Assembly (NCBI RefSeq): GCF_001194135.2
Contig: NC_068983.1
Location: forward strand, 57,041,856 to 57,083,818
Reading direction: 5' to 3'
Source of the DNA: Octopus bimaculoides
Taxonomy: Eukaryota
DNA length: 41,963 nucleotides
Shown here: positions 23,498 to 35,023 of the stretch, piece after piece
Layout of the letters: every line of letters starts with the position of its first letter
Numbering within the stretch: position 1 is the stretch's first letter
The notes under the pieces: model-generated
Told to the model about the DNA's origin: nothing
The model's database searches: none
The model's input: the letters and a program-made list of their open reading frames with translations, nothing else
Program-made: the position numbers and the translations under genes

Positions 23498-23543
<46 letters not shown>

Positions 23544-23599
23544 CATTATTATTGCTGTTGTTGTTGTTGTTGTTAGTAATATTATTATCATTATTATTC

Positions 23600-24117
23600 A
23601 GGAAGAGAGCAGCCCATGCCGTCAAAGTGACACTGGGGTTACACATATACGAAGCCCAGGATACCTATCATGACTACTCGTCTGATAAGAGTACACCAGG
23701 CACATGCATCACAACCATGTGTGCGACATGGTGATCTCATATCAAGATAAACGACACATGACCTTGCAGGTGGAGCGCAGTTGGAATTTTCTTCAGGTGG
23801 AGTAGCACATTGCGCTCAAAAGGTCCCTGAATAAGCGCGGTTTAAGGAAGTTGAACGAAACACCCATGTTTTCAAAGGTGAATTATTCAAACCCCAAATA
23901 ATTCCTCTCAACACATAGCTATGATGCTCCCCCACTACTTCTGCTCGTGATCAGAGATGCACATATCGTCAGCCACCAAGGGACATGCTCAACTGGTTAA
24001 AGTCAAACAACTGACAAGCAAATCTGTGGTATTGAGCAGAATATATGCTGTAGTCCATCATTTATACAAAGAAAAAACAACGTACATGATAACATTTCCA
24101 ATCAGTGAAGATGAGAA
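23600..24117. mobile_element. Interspersed repeat family B, copy 2
   Basis: Colinear with 17372-17895. Confidence 0.75.
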
Positions 24118-24121
24118 ATTA

Positions 24122-24513
24122 TAAGGCGGCGAACTGGCAGAAACCTTAGCACGCCGGGCGAAATGCCTAGCGGTATTTCGTCTGCCGTTACGTTCTGAGT
24201 TCAAATTCCGCCGAGATCGTCTTTGCCTTTCATCCTTTCGGGGTTGATTAAATAAGTACCAATTACGCACTGGGGTCGATATAATCGACTTAATCCGTTT
24301 GTCTGTCCTTACTTTCCCCTCTGTGTGTAGCCTCTTGTGGTTAGTAAAGAAATAAGAAACGTTAGCACAGCGGGCGAAATGCTTAGCCGAGGTCGACTTT
24401 GCCTTTCATCTTTTCGGAGTCGATAAATTAAGTACCATTTGCATATTGGTGTCGATCTAATCAATTGGCTCCCACCCCAGAAATTTCGGGCCTTGTGCCT
24501 AGAGTAGAAAAGA
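24122..24513 (+). mobile_element. SINE family A dimer
   Basis: Full head, core, tail 1, junction GTAAAGAAATAAGAAACGTTAGCAC, second core and tail 2. Confidence 0.85.
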
Positions 24514-24541
24514 TCAGAAGCAGCAGCAGTAGCAGCAGCAC

Positions 24542-24590
<49 letters not shown>

Positions 24591-24771
24591 GGTGGTGGTG
24601 TGACGGAACAATAGAATATATCAGAGTGCCAGTCATATAAGGTCTTAGTGTATTTATAGATTTGTTTCCCCTTTCAAATACTGCCAGGATTAACCTTGCC
24701 CTTGTTTGCTTCTAGATCGATACAGTTTGTATGTACTAAGGATGTACTATTGCTACACAGCCATAACTAAC

Positions 24772-24928
24772 CTTGTAGATAAGCAGATAAGATCAGTTTA
24801 TACTTGGACGCTGAAGAATAAATGGAAACGTTATACACGTCTCTTCGTTCTTGTTCGAACTTGTCTGGATATTCAGTTCCATATATTATTTTATGTTCAT
24901 CCGCTATTTCTTTCAAAAGAGGAATATT
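24772..24928 (-). CDS. Exon 3 (157 nt, phase 0-1), open
   Basis: GCTGTCTTCCAG acceptor and AAG|GTTAGT donor. NIPLLKEIADEHKIIYGTEYPDKFEQERRDVYNVSIYSSASKYKLILSAYLQ. Confidence 0.65.
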
Positions 24929-24987
24929 CTGGAAGACAGCTTAAGCTAAGAACTTTATCTTTCTGATTGTCTAAGCGTTTTGAGTAC

Positions 24988-25149
24988 AGCGTTGTTTAGA
25001 TTATGTTTTGTAAAGTCTATTGTGATTCTTGTTTCGTTTGGATTATAAGCATTACTAAAATATATCCAGCGTGTATCAAAAGACGGAATATTGCAAATTA
25101 TGTGTTTGTAATGCAATATAGTTTGCAACCAATTAAAATACCCAGAAAC
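24988..25149 (-). CDS. Exon 2 (162 nt, phase 0-0), open
   Basis: AACATAG acceptor and GCT|GTACTC donor (weak). VSGYFNWLQTILHYKHIICNIPSFDTRWIYFSNAYNPNETRITIDFTKHNLNNA. Confidence 0.55.
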
Positions 25150-25221
25150 CTATGTTGCCATTTAAGTGTGCCAACCGTCTCTAAGTACTGTCCCCAAGCC
25201 GACGGCCGTAAGGCCGGTTAC

Positions 25222-25269
25222 TTGATTTCCTTGGCATGTGAGTGAAACAAGAACAAGAACAACAAGCAT
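25222..25269 (-). CDS. Exon 1 CDS, signal-peptide-like
   Basis: ATG at 25269. MLVVLVLVSLTCQGNQ, then CAA|GTAACC donor and a 72-nt intron in phase with exon 2. Confidence 0.5.
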
Positions 25270-26061
25270 TATTAAAAGAGAAAAGAAGCATGGTCATTCG
25301 TTACCAAAGTGACCTTATCTTATCGCCAATCACTTGTTATGCATTCATAAATTAGTTTGATAGTTGAGCTCTGATCGGCTGTATGAAACTGAGTTCATAA
25401 CTGGGGTCCGGAACTCTTGTGGGAAAAAAAAAATCGCCAACGAATTTTGTTGTAAGGTTACTTATTTAAAGCTGGACAGGACAAAGTAAAATGAAATATT
25501 TTCGTCAAGAAAACTATTCCTGGCCGGAAATTGAAACCACGATCTTGCGATTGTCAGTGTCACACACTAACCACTAGGTCAGGCGCCTTTACATGCCAGC
25601 TGTAAGAAGAGACAGAATCAGTGCATTAGCAATTAATGATCGTCATTTGGCACTCATTATAGGAGCATCTATTTCAATTAGAAATATTTGACGTCTTGTC
25701 CTAGAAATTTTGAGAGCAATTTCTAAAATGAGGAATAGTCCTCTGCTATGAATGAGAACTTTCTGATAATCTTAATTGGTAGGGAGTTGGCTATTGTACA
25801 TAAAAATATTGATTCCATTTGAATTGGCAAGAACGACGTAAGCATCATGTTCTTGCCTTTCCTATTCTAAATGTTGTATGGACATTAGGTGTTTACTTGC
25901 AGCAATATGTTTTTGAAAGCAAGGAGTCAAGTCAAAACATCAGTGTTGTTTCAGTTAGGGGCAAGAGATATTTTGCTTCGCTTATTGTCGGATATTCTCG
26001 GGAAACTGCTGAAATATCGGAACAACACATTTTACCTTTCCTTAACACAGAACTTTTTCCA

Positions 26062-26286
26062 TAACCACCTTTGTATTCTTCTATATTCTTTTACTTGTTT
26101 CAGTCATTTCAGTCGAACAAATCGACCTCAGGATTTATTCTTTGTAAGCCTAGTACTTATTCTACTTATTCTTTTGCCAAAATCGCTAAGTTATAGGTAC
26201 ATAAACACGCCAACATTGCTTCTCAAGCTATGGGGGGGGGACACAGACATAGACACACAAACATACATACATACATACATGCATAC

Positions 26287-26334
<48 letters not shown>

Positions 26335-26490
26335 GACAGGCTTCTTTCAGTTTCCGTCTACCAAATTCACTCAGAAAGCTTTCGTCAGCCCAAGACTATA
26401 ATGGAAGACACTTGCCCAAGGAGCCACGCAGTAGGACTGAACCCGGCACCATTTGGAAGCAAGCTTCTTACCACACAGCTACGCCTGCGC
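26062..26490 (-). mobile_element. Family C SINE with internal (TA)n
   Basis: Same head, core and tail as 20826-21180. Confidence 0.75.
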
Positions 26491-27073
26491 CTATTATCCT
26501 ATTTCATGTAGATGCATCGATAAACGGCAAATTCACTGCAGTATTCGTCTGAGGGATAATATCCATTATGGGCACATTGTGTTTAGAAACTCACAAACAT
26601 ATCAGTTGCAGATGAAAAGCTTCCAGAGCCACAGCGAGAGAGCTAAATAAATATTTCAGCGTCCTTGCAGTTTGTCAGTAACGTGTACCCACTGGCAACT
26701 GCATACAAAGACAAAATCCGTCGCTACTGATAGAGAAAAACATTCAGCTCAGTTGAATAAAATTTCATTATAAGGAAAGTAGAATTAGATTAAAATGACC
26801 ACGTGTGTAACATGGACACGCTTTTATTAGATTCTTCTGCAGAAAGGATAGTATTCATTGACAGTATCTACTGATTTATAGTATATTATTTATACTAAGC
26901 CCTCAATATTATGAATTCAAAACACAAGAAGCCTTGGTGTTATGAATTCAAAACCCAATATTCTTAGGCAAATGGTTTCTACTATAGCCTAGAACCGAGT
27001 AAGGCTTTTGACTGAATTTGGTGGACGGAAACTGAGAGAAACCCGTCGTATCTCCTTGTATCCTTCTGTGTTC

Positions 27074-27109
27074 CTTTCTGTGGAAGAGCATAGGCTCGAA
27101 ACGTTAAAG
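27074..27109 (+). ncRNA. Minimal hammerhead-like motif, variant core
   Basis: CTTT-CTGTGGA-A-GAGC(ATAG)GCTC-GAAA-CGTT-AAAG. Stems I and II pair. The core has U at conserved position A6. Confidence 0.4.
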
Positions 27110-27204
27110 ACTTTTTCACTTCCTGACCGTTATACTAATACATCTGTTTGTTTTCTACGCCACCTGTTTTTCTCTTTTGTTTTTTTTTTGTTTTTGTGAA
27201 TTCT

Positions 27205-27246
<42 letters not shown>

Positions 27247-27324
27247 TATAGATATATATATATATATGCGTGCGTGTGTTTGTGTGTGTGTGTGTGTATC
27301 TATGTGCGTTCATTTTTGTGTCTG

Positions 27325-27440
27325 TGTTCTAAAACTAAAAGTACTGGGATCGATTATTTCACCTAAAATTCTTCAAGGTGGTGCCCTAGCATGGCCGCAT
27401 TCTAATGAGTGAAAGAAGTAAAAGACAAATGATAAAAGAT
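27325..27440 (+). mobile_element. 3' tail of a family C SINE
   Basis: AAGGTGGTGCCCTAGCATGGCCGCATTCTAATGAGTGAAAGAAGTAAAAG. Confidence 0.7.
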
Positions 27441-27492
27441 AGCCACTGGTCCGAATTTTGTATCCAACCAACGACTACAATCAATTTCTGTG

Positions 27493-27800
27493 ATGCGCCC
27501 GGTTACTTGTATAATTGAGGAGCGTCAGCTTAGACTATTTGGTCATGTTGCTCGTTTTTCCGAGTTAAATCCGGCGTACCGTGTTCTCTTTCTCTGTGGA
27601 TCTGGTCGAGGTAACTACGGCTTGTATTAGTCTGTCACATGCCATTTGGTTAGGGCTCATGAAAAAATATTTTGCATTGATAGCGGATGACTAGGACAAT
27701 GGGACACTGCCTGGAGCGTTGTCCGGGACGACCCGAGTAAACACCGACAATTAGCGGAAGCAGCAACGCATTACAACGGCGCATGCTCACACACCATACA
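27493..27800 (+). mobile_element. RTE-clade LINE 3' remnant
   Basis: MRPVTCIIEERQLRLFGHVARFSELNPAYRVL (R.LR.FGHV.R motif), then degenerate C-terminus. Confidence 0.8.
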
Positions 27801-28029
27801 TGATTTACATGCCAGTTATAGCAGTCGGATGATTAAAATTCATTACCTGGAAAGGGAAATAAAAGTAGTTTACAAATGTTCTGCATTTTAATAAAACATG
27901 TAACAGTGATTAAAAAATTTTAAATGGCTGGTTATAGGATTTCCTTAGTAATATCTTTAAATAATAATTTGCAGTTAGCAAGCAGCCAAATAGCAGTGGA
28001 ATACATAAACAAGCTAGATTTATTGAATA

Positions 28030-28620
28030 AAACACGTCTGTTTCTGTCTAATATCCAGCACCATGACCGAAGACATTAACCTCAAGTTGCAAAATGACAT
28101 GTTGGCGACTTGCGTAATGGAAAATTTACTGCTTTTCATTCGAGTTATCAACACTCAGGCGCCAGTTTTGTAGTTGATTCAACTTCGGTTATCATTATGG
28201 AAATATTAACCAAGTATTTTTATTATAAACTGGAGAAATAACTTGATTATATTATATTTCGACAAATTCATGCACATTTTGAAGCAGCGCTCCTGAAGTG
28301 AAATTAATGATCTAACATTCATACCTTAATTATATTTATAGAGACAACTTCATATCACTTTCGATGAAATGCAGAAAATAATGTTAACTCAATTCACAGA
28401 AATTTCTCTTGCAGGAAGCACGGCAAGAATGTCTGTTTTGAGATTCTGCATTGAATTTGTTCTGACTAGATGTAAAAAGTGAAATGGGAATATAATGTAG
28501 AATTTTCTTTCTAAATCACCGACATTTTTCTTACTAATGATTTTGATAAATGGATGAAGTACTTGTAAACAAAACAGTCAAGAGGCAAAGCTCACTGCAT
28601 TGATAATTCCGTGCAAGTTT
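28030..28620 (+). mobile_element. Highly decayed hAT (Buster/SPIN-like) transposase remnant
   Basis: EDINLKLQNDMLATCVMENLLLFIR resembles the N.LN.KLQG...F..KL segment. Downstream similarity is weak. Confidence 0.35.
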
Positions 28621-28879
28621 GGAGTAGTGGAGGTGCAATATAGGTAGGGTTAGTCCGATCATCCAAATATTCGTTAGATTTTGCACTGAAATTCTTCAAT
28701 AAATATGTGGGCCGTTTCATATGTGAGATACCAGTTTGTAGTTTCATAGAATCTTAGACAGCATCCATTTTATAAGGCTGGAAAGGCGTCCCTATAAAAC
28801 CGCTTTGAAAGTTTTAATCGAACAAATTGATCCCAGAACTTATTTTAAAGCTTATCTTATTGATTCTTTGCCGAACCTT

Positions 28880-29095
28880 TAAGTCACGCGGACGTAAATA
28901 CACAAAACACTGGTTGTCAAGTGGTGATGGTGGAGACAAACACAGGCACAAAGACACACACACACAAACATCTAATATAGATAGCAAGGCTGAGGCTATA
29001 GTGAAATACTTGCTCAAGGTATCACACAGTGGAAGCGAATCCGGAATCATGTGGTTGGGAAGCAAGCGTCTTACTACACAGCTACGCCTGCGTAT
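28880..29095 (-). mobile_element. Family C-related SINE
   Basis: Reverse complement: GCGTAGCTGTGTAGTAAG head, GATTCCGGATTCGCTTCC, ACCTTGAGCAAGTATTTCACTATAGCC core. Confidence 0.7.
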
Positions 29096-29149
29096 ATATA
29101 TATGTGTGTATGTGTGGATGTGTGTATATATGTATATATAGTTCAAACC

Positions 29150-29345
29150 TACAGTCGACAAAAGACGAAGTCATTTGATGGAGCAACAAGCAGGTGTATT
29201 AGTTTGACGCTCGGGAAAACTAGAAAAGTCTTTGACGATTTGAGCCTACGGTCTTCGACAGAAAGGGTTGAGAGGAAAAATATGGAGAGTGGACAAAACA
29301 GAAGAAGCGGAGAGAGAAAAATTTCGTAACGATTAACGGTTCAAC
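29150..29345 (-). mobile_element. Decayed copy of the repeat that carries the 27074 hammerhead-like motif
   Basis: Reverse complement CTTTCTGTCGAAGACCGTAGGCTCAAATCGTCAAAGACTTTTC matches 27074-27116. Confidence 0.6.
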
Positions 29346-30473
29346 ATGATGAAATGCACACATGTACATACACACACATGTATATATATATATATGTACA
29401 TATATATATATATATATANNNNNNNNNNNNNNNNNNNNNNNNNNNNNNNNNNNNNNNNNNNNNNNNNNNNNNNNNNNNNNNNNNNNNNNNNNNNNNNNNN
29501 NNNNNNNNNNNNNNNNNNNNNNNNNNNNNNNNNNNNNNNNNNNNNNNNNNNNNNNNNNNNNNNNNNNNNNNNNNNNNNNNNNNNNNNNNNNNNNNNNNNN
29601 NNNNNNNNNNNNNNNNNNNNNNNNNNNNNNNNNNNNNNNNNNNNNNNNNNNNNNNNNNNNNNNNNNNNNNNNNNNNNNNNNNNNNNNNNNNNNNNNNNNN
29701 NNNNNNNNNNNNNNNNNNNNNNNNNNNNNNNNNNNNNNNNNNNNNNNNNNNNNNNNNNNNNNNNNNNNNNNNNNNNNNNNNNNNNNNNNNNNNNNNNNNN
29801 NNNNNNNNNNNNNNNNNNNNNNNNNNNNNNNNNNNNNNNNNNNNNNNNNNNNNNNNNNNNNNNNNNNNNNNNNNNNNNNNNNNNNNNNNNNNNNNNNNNN
29901 NNNNNNNNNNNNNNNNNNNNNNNNNNNNNNNNNNNNNNNNNNNNNNNNNNNNNNNNNNNNNNNNNNNNNNNNNNNNNNNNNNNNNNNNNNNNNNNNNNNN
30001 NNNNNNNNNNNNNNNNNNNNNNNNNNNNNNNNNNNNNNNNNNNNNNNNNNNNNNNNNNNNNNNNNNNNNNNNNNNNNNNNNNNNNNNNNNNNNNNNNNNN
30101 NNNNNNNNNNNNNNNNNNNNNNNNNNNNNNNNNNNNNNNNNNNNNNNNNNNNNNNNNNNNNNNNNNNNNNNNNNNNNNNNNNNNNNNNNNNNNNNNNNNN
30201 NNNNNNNNNNNNNNNNNNNNNNNNNNNNNNNNNNNNNNNNNNNNNNNNNNNNNNNNNNNNNNNNNNNNNNNNNNNNNNNNNNNNNNNNNNNNNNNNNNNN
30301 NNNAGTCGTTGAAATAAGTACCAGTTATGCACTGGGACCGATGTAATCAACTTGCTCTATCCCCCTAAAATGGCTGGCTTTGTGCCAAAATTTTGAACCA
30401 ATATGATACAGAGAATACAGTTATAACGCTTGAAATGTTGATGGTTCTGATTTGCATAACACATGGAGTGATT

Positions 30474-30917
30474 AAGGCGGCGAGCTGGCTGAAACGTTAG
30501 CACGCCGGGCGAAATGCTTAGTGGCATTTTGTCTGCCTTTACGTTCTGAGTTCAAATTCCGCCGAGGTCGACTTTGCCTTTCATCATTTCGGGGTCGATA
30601 AATTAAGTACCAGTTGTTACTGGGGTCGATCTAATCGATTTAATCCCTTCCCACAAATTTGAGGCCTTGTGCTTTCAGTAGTAAGGATTATTTGTGATAC
30701 ATAAGGCGACGTGTTTGCAGAATTGTTAGCACGCCGGGCGAATTGCTAAATAGTATTTCGTCTGTCTTTACATTCTGAGTTCAAATTCCGCCGAGGTTGA
30801 CTGGCCTTTCATCCTTTCAGGGTCAATAAATTAAGCTCTTGTTACGTACTGGGGTCGATCTAATCGACTGGCCCCTCTCCCCAAACTTTCGGGCGTTGTG
30901 CCTAGAGTAGATAAGAA
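30474..30917 (+). mobile_element. Two head-to-tail family A SINEs inside one 18-bp TSD
   Basis: ATAACACATGGAGTGATT at 30456-30473 and 30918-30935. Monomers start at 30474 and about 30702. Confidence 0.85.
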
Positions 30918-31039
30918 ATAACACATGGAGTGATTGGAAAAATGTCAAAAGCAATAATTTGTATAAGCATTTCCTGTGGCAGGTTAGCGTGCCTAGGCAT
31001 ATACATGATTGTCCTGGGGATACATGAAGTGCAGGAGTT

Positions 31040-31320
31040 CTGCAAGCTGATATTGTGAAGTCACGTGGCTTTGTCATTAGGGTTGATCGTAGTTTCGATC
31101 TCCAAACCGGGCAGTGGTTAGTATACTTTAAACGAGACACTTCGATTCACGTTACTCCAGACCACTCAGCTGGAAATGTGTAACTCTGCGACTTGCGACT
31201 GATTAACATCTTGTTCAGAAGGGCGGGGGTGAGATCTCTGTCTATTGTACATCGTAAAAACCCGATAACCAGCCATGAGTCCTAGAACTGGAGACAGTAA
31301 TGCCCAGCAGTTGCTGTTGT
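31040..31320 (+). mobile_element. Diverged tRNA-headed SINE with (GAT)n tail
   Basis: GTAGTTTCGATCTCC B-box-like motif, CGTTACTCCAGACCACTCAGCTGG core. Tail expands into (GAT)n at 31310-31485. Confidence 0.55.
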
Positions 31321-31359
31321 TGATGATGATGATGAGGAGGAGAATGTTGATGATGATGT

Positions 31360-31396
<37 letters not shown>

Positions 31397-31531
31397 AATG
31401 ATGATCATGGTGATGATAATGATGTTGATGATGATGATGATGATGATGATGATGACGATGATGTCGATGATGATGATGATAATGTAGTCTCATGAAACTC
31501 TCATCAAATACTCTGCTTTTCTGCTTAACAT

Positions 31532-32105
31532 CATTGGTTCTCAGCCGTTTTTCATCAACGGACCCCTTTGACTCCCCCTTAACTCTAGTGGATCCTCATA
31601 ACCATTTCACGTTTTTAAAAAATCCTATTATTGTTTTATAATCAAGCATTATCAAGAATTGCATTTAAGAATTGTTAAAATATTTTGTGTATTGAAAAGG
31701 TATAACCATAAATTTCAACGTGGAGGCGCAATGGCCTAGTGGTAAGGGCAGCGGACTCATAGTCGGAGGATCGCGGTTTCGACTCCCAGACCGGGCGTTG
31801 TGTGTGTTGATTGAGCGAAAACACCAAAAGCTCCACGAGGCTTCGGCAGGGGCTAGTGGTGACCCTTGTTGTACTCCTTCGCCCCAACTTTCTCTCACTC
31901 TTTCTTCCTTTTCTTGAGTAACACTGCGATAGACTGGCGTACCGTCCAGCTGGGGGGAACACACTCGCCATAGAAACCGGGAAACCGGACCCATGAGCCT
32001 AGCTAAGCTTTACAAGGGCGCAAAGAACAGAAGAGAGATAAATTTCAACACTAAAATCTTATATCTAACTCCAAGGGTCATATGGACCACGAATGATAAC
32101 CAATA
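31532..32105 (+). mobile_element. hAT-type MITE interrupted by a SINE
   Basis: Ends CATTGGTTCTCA and TGATAACCAATA (10/12 inverted match), resembling CAGTGGTTCTCA hAT MITE termini. Confidence 0.6.
31720..32037 (+). mobile_element. Well-preserved tRNA-derived SINE with 12-bp TSD
   Basis: A-box TGGCCTAGTGG, B-box GGTTTCGACTCCC. ATAAATTTCAAC at 31708-31719 and 32038-32049. Confidence 0.9.
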
Positions 32106-32598
32106 GTTTCCATGAAGAAACTTTCATTTCCTCATGGTACTGATTAAATATTCATTAATGTTAGCCATTTAGTGCTACGTTTCGCTAATGAGGTCAAGTA
32201 ACACCGAAATACGCTTCGTTTTGTAACCGAGCGGATCTAAGCTCATACTCTCCTTATGTGCCCTCATTCAAGATTTTACTAAAGCTGGTGCTGGAGGTAT
32301 TTTTCTTTTCTCTCTGTTGACAATAATTATCATTAATGCTAATGATATTTCATTTCGACATTGTTGTGGTGGTTTTAATTGATTTAAGTTATTGCTATGG
32401 TTGACTGCTCTATGTTTGCCCCCATTTAACTATGTAGACAGTTACAGTTCAGTGATGGTGACACGTATTATTGGCTCGCAGCTGGAAGTCTGCTATACAC
32501 ATAGAAATATAATTCTCTCTCCCACTCTGCCACTGTCTCTGAAAGACAAATGCGCGCACGCACACATACACACACACACACACCCACACACACACACA

Positions 32599-32637
<39 letters not shown>

Positions 32638-33169
32638 ACACAAGATTCATTTGCACAAGCAGAAGCAGAAAAAAAAGTTGCAATAAAACCATTAAAATCA
32701 CACATAATTTTGTGATAAAGCTATTAAAATATTGATGAAATAGGCGCAGGTGTGGCTGTATGGTTAAGAATTTTACTTTCAACTACGTGACTCCGGTTTC
32801 AATCCCACTGCGTGGCAATTTCCGTGTTTTCTACATTTACAACATATAAGGAGAGAAAGAAATACATACGTACACACACACATATGCGCGCGCAGACACA
32901 TACTCGCACAAACTCACACACACATATTACTTAGATTACTGTACGGAGTTCATCACTAATCTAAGCCTATCTATCTCTTTATCTATTTGTCTATCTGTCT
33001 GTCTATTTACGTCAGTGAACAGGTCGCGGTTTCAAAGTGACGAAAATATTTTGTCGAACTAAATTTAAATATTGAAGTGAATCTAACGGTTATTGTATGT
33101 TTTTAAATGGATTATAAACACCTTCCACGCTGCAAGTGTTTATATGTGTTTATACACACATATATTTTT

Positions 33170-33605
33170 TTTTATTTCAGCTCAGAGCTCTGGCCATGCT
33201 GGGGCATTGCCGTTTTGCTACACTGTTATTACTGAGAGCCCCCTTTAATATCTGACACTTGGTGAAAAATGGAGTTTGATGTCGTTACACTCATTTGAAT
33301 CTCTTGCCATGAGGTAGGTTCATCTGGAACTTTCGACTGGAAGAGGTCTAGTTATGATTTGAAAAGACCTACATCCACTTTGTGTAGGCCCCTCAGGCTC
33401 TTTGGGAGTATATCAAAAAGTTGTGGGCCCCTGAAAACCAGGTTGTTGCAGTAACTGGTCCTGAAGCGCGATGGCTTTGCTGAGCTGTTTAGCACTGTGC
33501 AGTGTCGACGCGTTCTGGCATTGGCGTAGCTTTCAATGCCAAAATTTGGCACAATTCCTTCCAGGATCTTCCAGATGTATATCACTGCATACCTCTCACG
33601 CCTTA
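33170..33605 (-). mobile_element. CR1/L2-group LINE ORF2 C-terminus and 3' UTR
   Basis: RRERYAVIYIWKILEGIVPNFG...FRGPQLFDILPKSLR...FKS*LD...VPDEP, followed by a 3' tail and an A-rich end. Confidence 0.8.
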
Positions 33606-34344
33606 TATATATATATATATATATACATATTAGAAGGTTTGGAGGTGATGTACGGTAACTATATATTAGAAAAAAATAATAAGGTACCCAGATATCTGGA
33701 TGGTTGCACATTTACAGATTTTTATTAATATGTCACGTTTTTATAAATTAGCGCTTGCCTCTATTCNNNNNNNNNNNNNNNNNNNNNNNNNNNNNNNNNN
33801 NNNNNNNNNNNNNNNNNNNNNNNNNNNNNNNNNNNNNNNNNNNNNNNNNNNNNNNNNNNNNNNNNNNNNNNNNNNNNNNNNNNNNNNNNNNNNNNNNNNN
33901 NNNNNNNNNNNNNNNNNNNNNNNNNNNNNNNNNNNNNNNNNNNNNNNNNNNNNNNNNNNNNNNNNNNNNNNNNNNNNNNNNNNNNNNNNNNNNNNNNNNN
34001 NNNNNNNNNNNNNNNNNNNNNNNNNNNNNNNNNNNNNNNNNNNNNNNNNNNNNNNNNNNNNNNNNNNNNNNNNNNNNNNNNNNNNNNNNNNNNNNNNNNN
34101 NNNNNNNNNNNNNNNNNNNNNNNNNNNNNNNNNNNNNNNNNNNNNNNNNNNNNNNNNNNNNNNNNNNNNNNNNNNNNNNNNNNNNNNNNNNNNNNNNNNN
34201 NNNNNNNNNNNNNNNNNNNNNNNNNNNNNNNNNNNNNNNNNNNNNNNNNNNNNNNNNNNNNNNNNNNNNNNNNNNNNNNNNNNNNNNNNNNNNNNNNNNN
34301 NNNNNNNNNNNNNNNNNNNNNNNNNNNNNNNNNNNNNNNNNNNN

Positions 34345-34379
<35 letters not shown>

Positions 34380-34742
34380 CTATATAAATAAGGATACGAT
34401 CATTATTTCAAATAGCGATCAAATCTAGTGGCAGCTTCGGAAGAAAAAACCTTATAGATAATAATTATTATTAAAAATTATAAATAAGGGTTTCTAAGAG
34501 ATACCACTATGCATGAAATAGTAGTCAAAATCTGACTCTAAAACCACATCAAGTATTCAATATAGAACAAGGTGAAAAGAAAAAAGAAAAATAAACTAGT
34601 AAGAAATGGATGATTCCAGACCCTGGGTTTCTGGCGTTGTATAACAATATGCTCTGCCGTTGCCAATGAAATATACCTGGAATTACCCAGTTTTTACTAG
34701 TTTATATATATATGTAAATATATATCTGTACATATGTGTGTG

Positions 34743-34849
<107 letters not shown>

Positions 34850-34946
34850 ATGTATATATATAAATATATATATATATATATAGAGTTATTAATATTTCTA
34901 AGTCTCTCTAAAGGAGACTACGGCAGCGGTACTGGAAATTAATAGT

Positions 34947-35023
<77 letters not shown>

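Larger units (their letters stand above)
8680..25269 (-). pseudogene. Multi-exon single-pass receptor gene (signal peptide, FN3/Ig-like ectodomain, TM, kinase-like tail), probably pseudogenised
   Basis: About 20 GT-AG-bounded segments with mostly matching phases and 59-86 nt introns in clusters. Signal peptide at 25269, TM at 10533-10459, YSVGRLLMEIVT at 8940-8905. In-frame stops and frameshifts from 11622 downward. Confidence 0.55.

Noticed and set aside
24706-25245. Plus-strand ORFs of 86 and 80 aa and an acceptor at 24715
   Set aside because: Better explained as the antisense of exons 1-3, which have consistent phases and a signal peptide.
28415-28471. Plus-strand exon GSTARMSVLRFCIEFVLTR
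   Set aside because: Lies within a probable decayed hAT remnant, has a weak donor, and has no partner exon.
31720-31800. tRNA-like sequence
   Set aside because: No acceptor stem closure, continues into a SINE body, and has a TSD. It is a SINE head, not a tRNA gene.
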